DNA from: a virus
Taxonomy: Duplodnaviria; Caudoviricetes
IMG/VR virus record: IMGVR_UViG_3300032281_000336
Coordinates: 1-38,621 of that record
Reading direction: 5' to 3' (one strand)
Length of the DNA: 38,621 bases
The translations under genes were made by a program, and so were the position numbers. Position 1 is the first letter of the stretch. Each line of letters opens with the position of its first letter. Below, piece by piece: positions 26,433 to 33,795 of the stretch. Below the pieces are notes generated by a model. That model was not told the origin of the DNA. It searched no databases and saw only the letters and a list, made by a program, of their open reading frames with translations.

Positions 26433-26603
26433 TTAAAATTTCCCGTAATTAGGGTCAGTTACCCAATATGGAGGAACATCTGGATATTTAGTGTATTCTT
26501 CATCGCTCTGTGATGTTTTACCAGAGCAAGAAGTTAGAAGCAACCCTAAAAGTAAAGCAATTAAAGCCTTATTGCAATTAGAGGCTAAAGGCTTTATAAG
26601 CAA
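26433..26603 (-). CDS. 56-aa putative lipoprotein (TTG start; not in ORF track)
   Basis: MLIKPLASNCNKALIALLLGLLLTS-CSGKTSQSDEEYTKYPDVPPYWVTDPNYGKF; lipobox LTSC; fills the intergenic gap exactly. Confidence 0.55.
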   Translation of the reverse strand: MLIKPLASNCNKALIALLLGLLLTSCSGKTSQSDEEYTKYPDVPPYWVTDPNYGKF

Positions 26604-26847
26604 TTATTTTACCAGTCAACAGCGTTACGGCTGTAAAGGTTCCAAAAATAGTAAGACCTTTGGGGTAGGTAATTGTTGAGCCAGTATAACTGCTACTAGT
26701 AGTACCAGCAGACCAGTTAGATGCGGTTAAAGTCGTGAAAGTAGTGTCCTCAAGCATCGTAATAGCACAATAGTTTTTGCTAGTTCCAGCAGTTGTGTTG
26801 CTGATGTATTCTGCTCCGTATCGGCCTAAAGATTGGTAGTCTAACAT
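26578..26847 (-). CDS. Small beta-rich structural protein, probable spike base
   Basis: 89 aa, Thr-rich, PKGLTIFGTFTAVTLLTGKIIAY end; precedes the LGLGL protein. Confidence 0.55.
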   Translation of the reverse strand: MLDYQSLGRYGAEYISNTTAGTSKNYCAITMLEDTTFTTLTASNWSAGTTSSSYTGSTITYPKGLTIFGTFTAVTLLTGKIIAYKAFSL

Positions 26848-26859
26848 ATTATTTTTCCT

Positions 26860-27081
26860 TTAACTTGGTACGTTTACTCCACTAAAATCTTCTTGTTGGT
26901 TAGCAATTACTAAAGCTCCACGGCCTCTCCTACGATAATCTTGTCTTTTAGAAGCCCTAGAAGATTCAGTAGGCATCACACCTTTAGCCAACTGCACAGG
27001 GGCAGGAGGGGGTGGAGGCGGGGGCGGGGGTGGCGGGATAACTGGTGCTTTATAACTTCCTCCTCCTCCTCCCATACACAT
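26860..27081 (-). CDS. gp7.3-like small virion protein
   Basis: MCMGGGGG, poly-Pro, basic patch, ALVI...SGVNVPS; upstream of the portal. Confidence 0.7.
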   Translation of the reverse strand: MCMGGGGGSYKAPVIPPPPPPPPPPPAPVQLAKGVMPTESSRASKRQDYRRRGRGALVIANQQEDFSGVNVPS

Positions 27082-27085
27082 AAAT

Positions 27086-27301
27086 TTATCTCCCTATTTC
27101 CTGTTGTTCGTCAAATTTACTTTGTAAGAATCTTACAAGTTGACGCTGACCACTATAAATCCAAATATCCCGATCAGACTCACTAGAATCTGGACATCGT
27201 TCTGGAACCATTTGTTGCAATACATCTAGTAAAGCTTTAGAGACTTTTGGAAATTCGTCAACATTTTTTTCACTTTTACTGATAATTTTATAGCCAGCCA
27301 T
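27086..27301 (-). CDS. Conserved-type hypothetical protein at the T7 gp6.5 position
   Basis: FPKVSKALL...PERCP...GQRQLVRFL; ATG at 27301 preceded by AGGAGG. Confidence 0.6.
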   Translation of the reverse strand: MAGYKIISKSEKNVDEFPKVSKALLDVLQQMVPERCPDSSESDRDIWIYSGQRQLVRFLQSKFDEQQEIGR

Positions 27302-27662
27302 AATCCTCCTTTGGCAAGTCATCCAACTCCTTTGGTAGCAAGCCTTTGTCAATCCTATGTTTTGTCTCTATCATCGCTCCAATATTCCACAGAGTAGCCA
27401 CGTCATGCCTTTCATCCTTCATTCCAGCAAGATGTTTAGTTAAATGACGCAACGCAGAATTAGCGTAACGACTCAATGGCTGGCCTTTTTCCCAGTTGCG
27501 TGATGCGTATTTCTTGGCTCCTTCTTCAAGTTGCCTAGCCCACATAAACAAAGCGTAAGGAGGAAGCAGATCAAACCGACCCTTGTTCTCGTTGGTATCC
27601 CTAACAGAACCAGTATCAAAGTTCTGTCTTTTACCAGAGTCTTTAACAACTACATCACTCAT
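27288..27662 (-). CDS. dATP/dGTP diphosphohydrolase-domain (DUF5664-like) protein
   Basis: FDTGSVRD...KGRFDLLP...GAKKYASRNWEKG...SALRHL...H...WN. Confidence 0.8.
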   Translation of the reverse strand: MSDVVVKDSGKRQNFDTGSVRDTNENKGRFDLLPPYALFMWARQLEEGAKKYASRNWEKGQPLSRYANSALRHLTKHLAGMKDERHDVATLWNIGAMIETKHRIDKGLLPKELDDLPKEDYGWL

Positions 27663-27961
27663 TCGTGTTCCCCCAATGTCAAGATATTACATTCCCGTGC
27701 AACCAAAGCTTCTAGCAAAGCCCCGGCACTCTTCTCAAACCCCGGAAGGAACACAATACGATCAGAGTTTAGAAGGTTTTTAATATCCTCCTTTAGATAC
27801 ATATACCTTGGCAGAGTAATATCCCCATCAAAGTTTTCTGCTGGATTACGAACTATGTACCCTTTAGCTCTTAACTCAGTAGCTTTAGCATGAAACGCAG
27901 GGTAGTTGTGATTCGGTAGTCCAGTCATCGCTCCGCTTATGTATACGCTCAAGGTTGCCAT
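27659..27961 (-). CDS. DUF4406-like (nucleoside deoxyribosyltransferase-fold) protein
   Basis: VYISGAMTGLPNHNYPAF...NPAE...LPGFEKSAGALLE. Confidence 0.8.
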   Translation of the reverse strand: MATLSVYISGAMTGLPNHNYPAFHAKATELRAKGYIVRNPAENFDGDITLPRYMYLKEDIKNLLNSDRIVFLPGFEKSAGALLEALVARECNILTLGEHE

Positions 27962-28692
27962 AGTATTACCTCATTGTTTTTGTATTCACCTTTTCTCAAG
28001 ATACGAGAAACCCTAGCTTGTACTAAGGCTTCTGATTCTGGAACGCCTTCTTTAGCGTAAGCCTTGAGAACCTTATCCCAGAGTCCAGTAGACCCCACAG
28101 GCCCAAGTATCTTTTCTGCGGTCTTTGGGCCACAGCCCACCAGCCCTGTGTAGCCGTCTGTCTGGTCACCCGTAAGGGCTTGGAATAGATGCCACCAATC
28201 GGCTTGCTCCTTGGATACCTCAATCACTCCTTCTTCAGCCTTGTGAGGGTTGTAATGCTTTGCTGGGAGCTGTTTAAAGTCCTTGTCCTCGCCAACAACA
28301 ATAGCTTTACCATCTAGCTCAGTAGCCCAGATACCCAGCAAATCGTCTGCCTCTAGGGTTGGTTGCATCTCGGCCTTATACTCAGCAACAAGCCATTCTC
28401 TAACCCTTGGGTAAAGAAGGGGCTTTCTAAGCTTTTTACGGCTTTCTTTGTAGGTAGGAAGAATCCTCTTTCTCCAGTTTGTGCTGTCGGACAAAGCTAC
28501 TTTGATACTATCGGCCTTCAGCTCCTCCTTTAGCTCTACAAGAAACGCAGTAATGGTCTGCGTAGCTGTTTTGACATCTCCGTGGAGAGTCCACATATCG
28601 TTGCCCCAATCACAGGGGTATTCATTGGTAATTGTATGCCAGAAGGCAAGCCAATCGCCGTCTATTAGTAGTGTGTTTTTTGTGTTTTTCAT
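27949..28692 (-). CDS. 5'-3' exonuclease (gp6-like)
   Basis: LLIDGD, NWRK..PTYK, LEADD, DKDFKQLP, GDQTDGY.GLVGCG. Confidence 0.95.
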   Translation of the reverse strand: MKNTKNTLLIDGDWLAFWHTITNEYPCDWGNDMWTLHGDVKTATQTITAFLVELKEELKADSIKVALSDSTNWRKRILPTYKESRKKLRKPLLYPRVREWLVAEYKAEMQPTLEADDLLGIWATELDGKAIVVGEDKDFKQLPAKHYNPHKAEEGVIEVSKEQADWWHLFQALTGDQTDGYTGLVGCGPKTAEKILGPVGSTGLWDKVLKAYAKEGVPESEALVQARVSRILRKGEYKNNEVILWQP

Positions 28693-28696
28693 AAAT

Positions 28697-29077
28697 TTAG
28701 TATTTTACTCTTTTTAAGCTCTTAATTTGCATAGAATATTGGGCTTTAGTATGAGCATCCTTTGAGGAGCTATATTTAATAAACAATCTAGCTTGCTCTT
28801 TTTTCTCACGCAGAAATGGGAATAAACTGTTGATAACATAGAGGGCTTCGTCTCCGTATATCCGAAAATAATAAAAATGCCTCCATATTTTTGTTTTGCC
28901 CTTATTAGGCAGTTTTTTAAACCAGCCCCCATATATTTTATAAAATCTCTGAACAACTTTCGGGTAGCACGATTTAATAGCAACAACCCTAGCTCCAATT
29001 TTTGAGATATGAATACAGCCTTCTCCGTCAAAGTACCCAGCAAGATACGAAAGTTCAATTTCATTAGGTTGTCTCAC
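28697..29077 (-). CDS. Single-motif LAGLIDADG homing-endonuclease-like protein
   Basis: YLAGYFDGEGCI motif and PFLREKKEQA; basic protein, AT-richer DNA than the flanks. Confidence 0.85.
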   Translation of the reverse strand: MRQPNEIELSYLAGYFDGEGCIHISKIGARVVAIKSCYPKVVQRFYKIYGGWFKKLPNKGKTKIWRHFYYFRIYGDEALYVINSLFPFLREKKEQARLFIKYSSSKDAHTKAQYSMQIKSLKRVKY

Positions 29078-30916
29078 TCAATGGGTCTCTGCCCAATTAA
29101 AGCCGATTTTAAACTCTCCGTCAAGGGGGCATCGGAACTTAAAATCGCTACCTGCTTGGCGTATAGAGGCTACTGCTGTATTACCGACTAGCTCCTCAAT
29201 GCCACATTTAGCCTCAATCTGTAGTTCATCGTGGATGTGGGCTACAATACCATAGTCCTTAGCAAACTCGTAGCCTTGCTCCTTCAACGACCTAACTAAA
29301 TTAATGGTTGCCCTCTTCATAATCAAAGCACCTGCCGACTGAAGAAGAACATTCAAAGAGGCGTGAGCAGAGCGAACAGGAAGGTGTCTGCCATCCAGCC
29401 CGATCAAGTAACCCCTCTGGTTTACTGCCAACTCAACGGCATCCTTAAGCCTCTTGATTGCTGGGAGCTTGGTCTGGAACTGGTCAATAATCTTACGGCC
29501 TTCCCTCTCGCCTTTGTTGATGATGCTACCAATCTTGGCTGGCCCTGCTCCGTACAAGAAGGCGTAGATAAAGGTCTTGGCATCGTTTCTAGTGGGCAAC
29601 CCAGACGCTTGTTGATTAGCTGTGTGGATGTCTCCTTCAAGAAGCACCTTGGCGTAGCTACCTCCGTCATAAGGAGCCATGAAGTGAGCCAAGCAACGCA
29701 ACTCAATCCCGCTGGCATCTGCTCCAATCAGTTTAAAGCCCTTTGTAGCTACAAATAGGCTACGGCACTCTTCACCATAAGCTGACCCCACTCTGGGTAC
29801 TTGAGCCATGTTTGGCCCTCGGTGCGTGCAACGACCTGTTACTGCTCCGTTAGTGATTACCCTTCCGTGCATACGACCATCAGCTTTAACCAGCTTCATC
29901 CAAGCCTCGTTACCCTCTGCAAGCTGGCCTAGTCGTTTAGATACTAGCAAGTATTCTAAGAGGGGTTTGGCCTCTGCGAAGCCCAGCCTTTCAAGAGCCG
30001 TAAGCACTTGTTCGTCAACTTTGGGTTTGCCATCTGGTGTAAACTCTTGGGGCTTCCATCCCTTTTTGATGAAGCGGTTTGCGATCTGGTCTCTACTTCC
30101 GGGGTTGAACGGGATGATTTTCTTTTTCTTGCCACCTTTAACAATGTCCTTTGCCTTGTAACCAGCCTGTACTGCTGACTTCTTAGTTGTCCATTCTTTT
30201 CCGTCTTGTGTTACCCATAAGTTAGACTTCATCTCTTCCTCATCTGGAGGAAACACCGCTTGCATATTTGCCTCAATCTCTGCCCTCTTCTTCTGAAGTA
30301 AAGCACATAGAGCTTCAGCTTTGGTATGGTCAAACTTAAAGCCGTAGGATTCTTGATTCTGCATTATTTTTGCAAACTCATGTTCTAGATCAACACTAGC
30401 TTTAGATGGGTTCTTGGTCTGGATGAGTCTGTAGAGTTTCAAGGTAACGGCTACATCTTGTACGCAGTAATCCTCCATAGCTGGAGTCCAGACTTCAAAG
30501 CTGTTGTTCTCCTTGAAGTCACCCTTCTGCAATCCAATACGGATACCCCAAGCCTTGAGCGAGTGGGAACCAATCATCTCTTTGGGGAAACCATCGTTAA
30601 GCCTAGAGAAGTCATTCTCCTTTAGGTCGGGCCAGATAAGCCTAGTCAGTACTAAAGTATCCTCTATCACCTTTGGAGCTACGAACCAGCTATAGAGCTT
30701 CTTAAGAACAAGCAGGTCAAACCCGATTATGTTGTGGCCTATAATCCTGTCGGCACTCGCTAGTTCTTTGATGCCAGCTTCAATAGAGTTGCCGTTAGGC
30801 TGTTGGTTGTACCTTGTGGTTGCACCAGAATCCATATCTGTAATTACAAGACAATGAATCTTGGTGGTCTTTTCTACTAGGTGGTCTGATTCTAAATCAA
30901 ATATAAGTGTTTTCAT
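29078..30916 (-). CDS. DNA polymerase family A (gp5-like) with 3'-5' exonuclease
   Basis: FDLE, GHNIIGFD, YCVQDV, DASGIELR, AKTFIYAFLYG, IHDELQ, NWAETH. Confidence 0.97.
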   Translation of the reverse strand: MKTLIFDLESDHLVEKTTKIHCLVITDMDSGATTRYNQQPNGNSIEAGIKELASADRIIGHNIIGFDLLVLKKLYSWFVAPKVIEDTLVLTRLIWPDLKENDFSRLNDGFPKEMIGSHSLKAWGIRIGLQKGDFKENNSFEVWTPAMEDYCVQDVAVTLKLYRLIQTKNPSKASVDLEHEFAKIMQNQESYGFKFDHTKAEALCALLQKKRAEIEANMQAVFPPDEEEMKSNLWVTQDGKEWTTKKSAVQAGYKAKDIVKGGKKKKIIPFNPGSRDQIANRFIKKGWKPQEFTPDGKPKVDEQVLTALERLGFAEAKPLLEYLLVSKRLGQLAEGNEAWMKLVKADGRMHGRVITNGAVTGRCTHRGPNMAQVPRVGSAYGEECRSLFVATKGFKLIGADASGIELRCLAHFMAPYDGGSYAKVLLEGDIHTANQQASGLPTRNDAKTFIYAFLYGAGPAKIGSIINKGEREGRKIIDQFQTKLPAIKRLKDAVELAVNQRGYLIGLDGRHLPVRSAHASLNVLLQSAGALIMKRATINLVRSLKEQGYEFAKDYGIVAHIHDELQIEAKCGIEELVGNTAVASIRQAGSDFKFRCPLDGEFKIGFNWAETH

Positions 30917-30933
30917 GTTGTGTTTTACCTACC

Positions 30934-32529
30934 CTATTCCAATTCTTCTGGCACTTCAATCTCTGAATCGGGTATAGCAATCTCCTTGAGCCGACCTGTT
31001 TCCTTGCTGTATTCAAGGCGACAACTAATACCAGTTTCTCCAGTAAACCTATTCTTAAGAATACGAACACTAGTAATGTTCCTGTCGTTACCCTCGGCTT
31101 GCTGGTCACGCTCTAGGCCAATCACAATGTCTGAAAGCTGGGCAATACCAGCAGAGCCTCGAAGCTGTGACAGGCTGGTGGTTGCACCATCTTCATGCCC
31201 CCTGCCTTCTGGACGCTTAAGATGGGAAACAAGAATCATCCCGATCTTTAGTTCTTCCACAAGACTACGGAGCTTGGTCATGGTGTTGTCGATAAGCCTA
31301 CGCTCGTCTCCGTCACCCATACCAGATACCACAATACTCAAGTGGTCTAGTACGATGTACTCACAACCACAACCCCTAGCCATGTACCTTACTCTGTTGA
31401 GTAGGTTGTCCGAATCCAAAGAACCGAAGTGGTCATAGGTGAAAAACTTCTGACTAATAGTACCATTGAAAAGGTTCTTTAGTTCCTCTTGGGTTATGCT
31501 GTCTGGCTTTAGGTGCAACGGCTTACTGGCTTCAATCGCTAGGATGCCCAATGCTGTACGCCTTACTGACTCCTCAAGGGCGATGTAGCCAATGCTCTTG
31601 TTATTGCGTAGAAGCCAATGAGCAATCTCCCTACAGAACTGGCTCTTTCCAATACCAGAACCAGCACAAATGGTAACTAGCTCGCCTTTACGCAATCCGT
31701 GGGTCATAGCCGATACACCTGCGTATGGGTAAGATACAGATTCTTCTAGGTCAACCTTGGTAATGTAATCCCAAAGCTCGTTACCCCCTACAATTCCATC
31801 TGGCCTAAACTCTTTAGCACTCCATATAGCATCAATAATCTCTGGCCCTCTGCCAGCAACAAGTAACTCGTTAGCGTCCTTCATCTGCAACGAAGCAATC
31901 CTAGCTTTCCCCGGACTCAACAAAGATGCACATTCCTTTGAAGCCTTCTTACCTGCCTCATCCATATCGAACATGAACACGACCTTCTCAAACTTCTCCA
32001 CCCAATCTATGTTTCTACGAAGTGCCTTGGTAGCCGATTGAGCACCAGTAGGAATGGATACTACAGGCCACTTGTTGCCTTGAGCTTGTGATACGGAAAG
32101 GCAATCAATCTCACCTTCAGTAATGACAAGCATCTTGCCACCATCCCTAAACAAATGCTGGCCGTACAGGGTCATCTCAGAGGCTTCCCCAAGAATCATA
32201 AAGTCCTTGTTAGGGAAGCGTAGCTTCTGGGCTACTGGGTTTCCTTCTTTGTCTTTGTACTCTGCGATCTGAACAGGCTTGCCGTTAAACTCGCCCAGCT
32301 TGTAGCCAAACTTCTGACAGGTCTCCATGTGGATATTGCGTTTGGTCAAAGCAGTAACATTACCATCTATTAAGTTAGCCATATAAATATTTGGTTTCTC
32401 CTTTATCTCCCCGTTGCTTTTAGAATATGCGGAACAAGAGAAGCAGTAAGCTGACCCATCAGAATATTCTGCACGGGCATCTGATGAGCCACACTTACTA
32501 CACTCTGTATGTCTTATAAAGTCAGCCAT
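30934..32529 (-). CDS. Primase/helicase (gp4-like)
   Basis: CxxCGSSD...CFSC zinc finger, TOPRIM EGEID/FDMD, GSGIGKS Walker A, LDHLS, LRGS. Confidence 0.97.
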   Translation of the reverse strand: MADFIRHTECSKCGSSDARAEYSDGSAYCFSCSAYSKSNGEIKEKPNIYMANLIDGNVTALTKRNIHMETCQKFGYKLGEFNGKPVQIAEYKDKEGNPVAQKLRFPNKDFMILGEASEMTLYGQHLFRDGGKMLVITEGEIDCLSVSQAQGNKWPVVSIPTGAQSATKALRRNIDWVEKFEKVVFMFDMDEAGKKASKECASLLSPGKARIASLQMKDANELLVAGRGPEIIDAIWSAKEFRPDGIVGGNELWDYITKVDLEESVSYPYAGVSAMTHGLRKGELVTICAGSGIGKSQFCREIAHWLLRNNKSIGYIALEESVRRTALGILAIEASKPLHLKPDSITQEELKNLFNGTISQKFFTYDHFGSLDSDNLLNRVRYMARGCGCEYIVLDHLSIVVSGMGDGDERRLIDNTMTKLRSLVEELKIGMILVSHLKRPEGRGHEDGATTSLSQLRGSAGIAQLSDIVIGLERDQQAEGNDRNITSVRILKNRFTGETGISCRLEYSKETGRLKEIAIPDSEIEVPEELE

Positions 32530-32903
32530 TCCTGCGGAATTACTTTTTCACTCCAGAGGAACCCGTTTGTCGTTGACCACTCTCCGTAGGTGGTGCGGGA
32601 CTTCTTGTTTAGACGAGCTGTAGACTTGGAAAAAACCAATCGAATGTCTAAACTTGGGTCTTGCTTCTTTAATAGGAGTAACTTGCTCCTGTCCTGCGGA
32701 GTGAACCAACCCTTTCCTTCGATCAGCACTCCGTTTGGAAGTATAAAGTCTGGAATGTAATGACATATTCTTTGATATTTTAGTCGAATAGTTTCGTAGC
32801 CAAACTGCACCCCAGCCTTTTCAAGCTGGGACGCAATCTGGACTTCGAGACCGCTTCTATATTTAGAAGTCCTCTGGTAGTTCGGGCGTTTTGCTCGGTA
32901 CAC
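32514..32903 (-). CDS. Endonuclease I / Holliday junction resolvase (gp3-like)
   Basis: YRSGLE, YIPDFILPNG, IEGKG, LDIRLVF, TYGEW. Confidence 0.93.
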   Translation of the reverse strand: MYRAKRPNYQRTSKYRSGLEVQIASQLEKAGVQFGYETIRLKYQRICHYIPDFILPNGVLIEGKGWFTPQDRSKLLLLKKQDPSLDIRLVFSKSTARLNKKSRTTYGEWSTTNGFLWSEKVIPQEWLTL

Positions 32904-33504
32904 TTGAGGACTCCTTGGGTTTGGTTAGTTCTGGGAATGTTTCGCCTTGAGCTACAAAACCCTCTTCTTCCGAAGAGAAGCCGAAGCTTTCAAAGCTAGA
33001 GCCACCAGAAGAAGGCTCTTTGAGGTCGATCACTTGCACCGCACGGAGACGAAGGGTTACCCCAACTCCCAACGCTGGTACAAACCACGGACTAGCTTCA
33101 CAGCCAATCTTGATTGTAGAACCGCCACCGATCAACTTGTCGCACGGCGACCCTTTGCTGTCGAACAAGGCGGGACGCATCTCAATGATTTCCCCGTTCT
33201 TGGTCTTAACCTTGGCTGGCAATTTGAAGTTAATCTCTAGCTTGTCACCATCCTCGTTTTCTTTCCAAGGGTAGTCTGCGAGCTTGAGCTTATTCTTCTT
33301 CTGCTGTTTGCAAGTCTCCTCGTAGTATTCTTTGAGGAGCTGTTTTACCGACTGAACAAACGAAGTAGCTTCTTCTTTGGAAACTAAAAGTTTCGTAGAA
33401 TAAACACCATCTTCGTTGAATTTAGTATCAGCTCTGTTGAGCTTTGGGTACATCGCCACACCTTTAGGGCTGGTCAAACGTACACGATTATACTTCTTAT
33501 CCAT
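32863..33504 (-). CDS. ssDNA-binding protein (gp2.5-like)
   Basis: TSPKGVAMYP.L..D, IGGGS, GVTLRLRAVQVIDL, acidic tail ending in Phe. Confidence 0.93.
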   Translation of the reverse strand: MDKKYNRVRLTSPKGVAMYPKLNRADTKFNEDGVYSTKLLVSKEEATSFVQSVKQLLKEYYEETCKQQKKNKLKLADYPWKENEDGDKLEINFKLPAKVKTKNGEIIEMRPALFDSKGSPCDKLIGGGSTIKIGCEASPWFVPALGVGVTLRLRAVQVIDLKEPSSGGSSFESFGFSSEEEGFVAQGETFPELTKPKESSSVPSKTPELPEDF

Positions 33505-33554
33505 TTTGTGTTTTTACCTTTCTGTGTTTTGTGTTGTTGTGTTTTAGCTCTAGC

Positions 33555-33794
33555 CTACTTGGAATTTAATTCAAAACCAGTTAGGTTAGGCTGAAGTGGG
33601 TCAGTATCTTCATCGTCCACAAATTCAAGACGACCAGACGGATAAAAACCGCTACCTCTTAAGAATTGCTGGAAACTTTGAAGGACTTCAAAAATATCCT
33701 TAGCTTCAAATTCAATAGTAGTTTTAGATTTTGGAAACCCATAGGATTCCCCCGTCTCAATGTCCTCACTTGTGAATGTGTATTTTGTTGTCAT
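33555..33794 (-). CDS. Hypothetical protein
   Basis: ATG one base after the RNAP stop; EVLQSFQQFLRGSGF helix. Confidence 0.7.
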   Translation of the reverse strand: MTTKYTFTSEDIETGESYGFPKSKTTIEFEAKDIFEVLQSFQQFLRGSGFYPSGRLEFVDDEDTDPLQPNLTGFELNSK

Positions 33795-33795
33795 A

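Noticed and set aside
27000-27075. G-rich and CCT tracts as a regulatory repeat or G-quadruplex
   Set aside because: Explained by the poly-Pro and poly-Gly codons of the gp7.3-like gene.
27288-27662. Z-base (2-aminoadenine) genome system
   Set aside because: No PurZ or DatZ-like gene recognised; one diphosphohydrolase domain is not sufficient.
28697-29077. Intein or group I intron in the polymerase
   Set aside because: The polymerase ends normally (NWAETH-stop); the ORF lacks intein Cys/His-Asn termini and there is no room for intron RNA structure.
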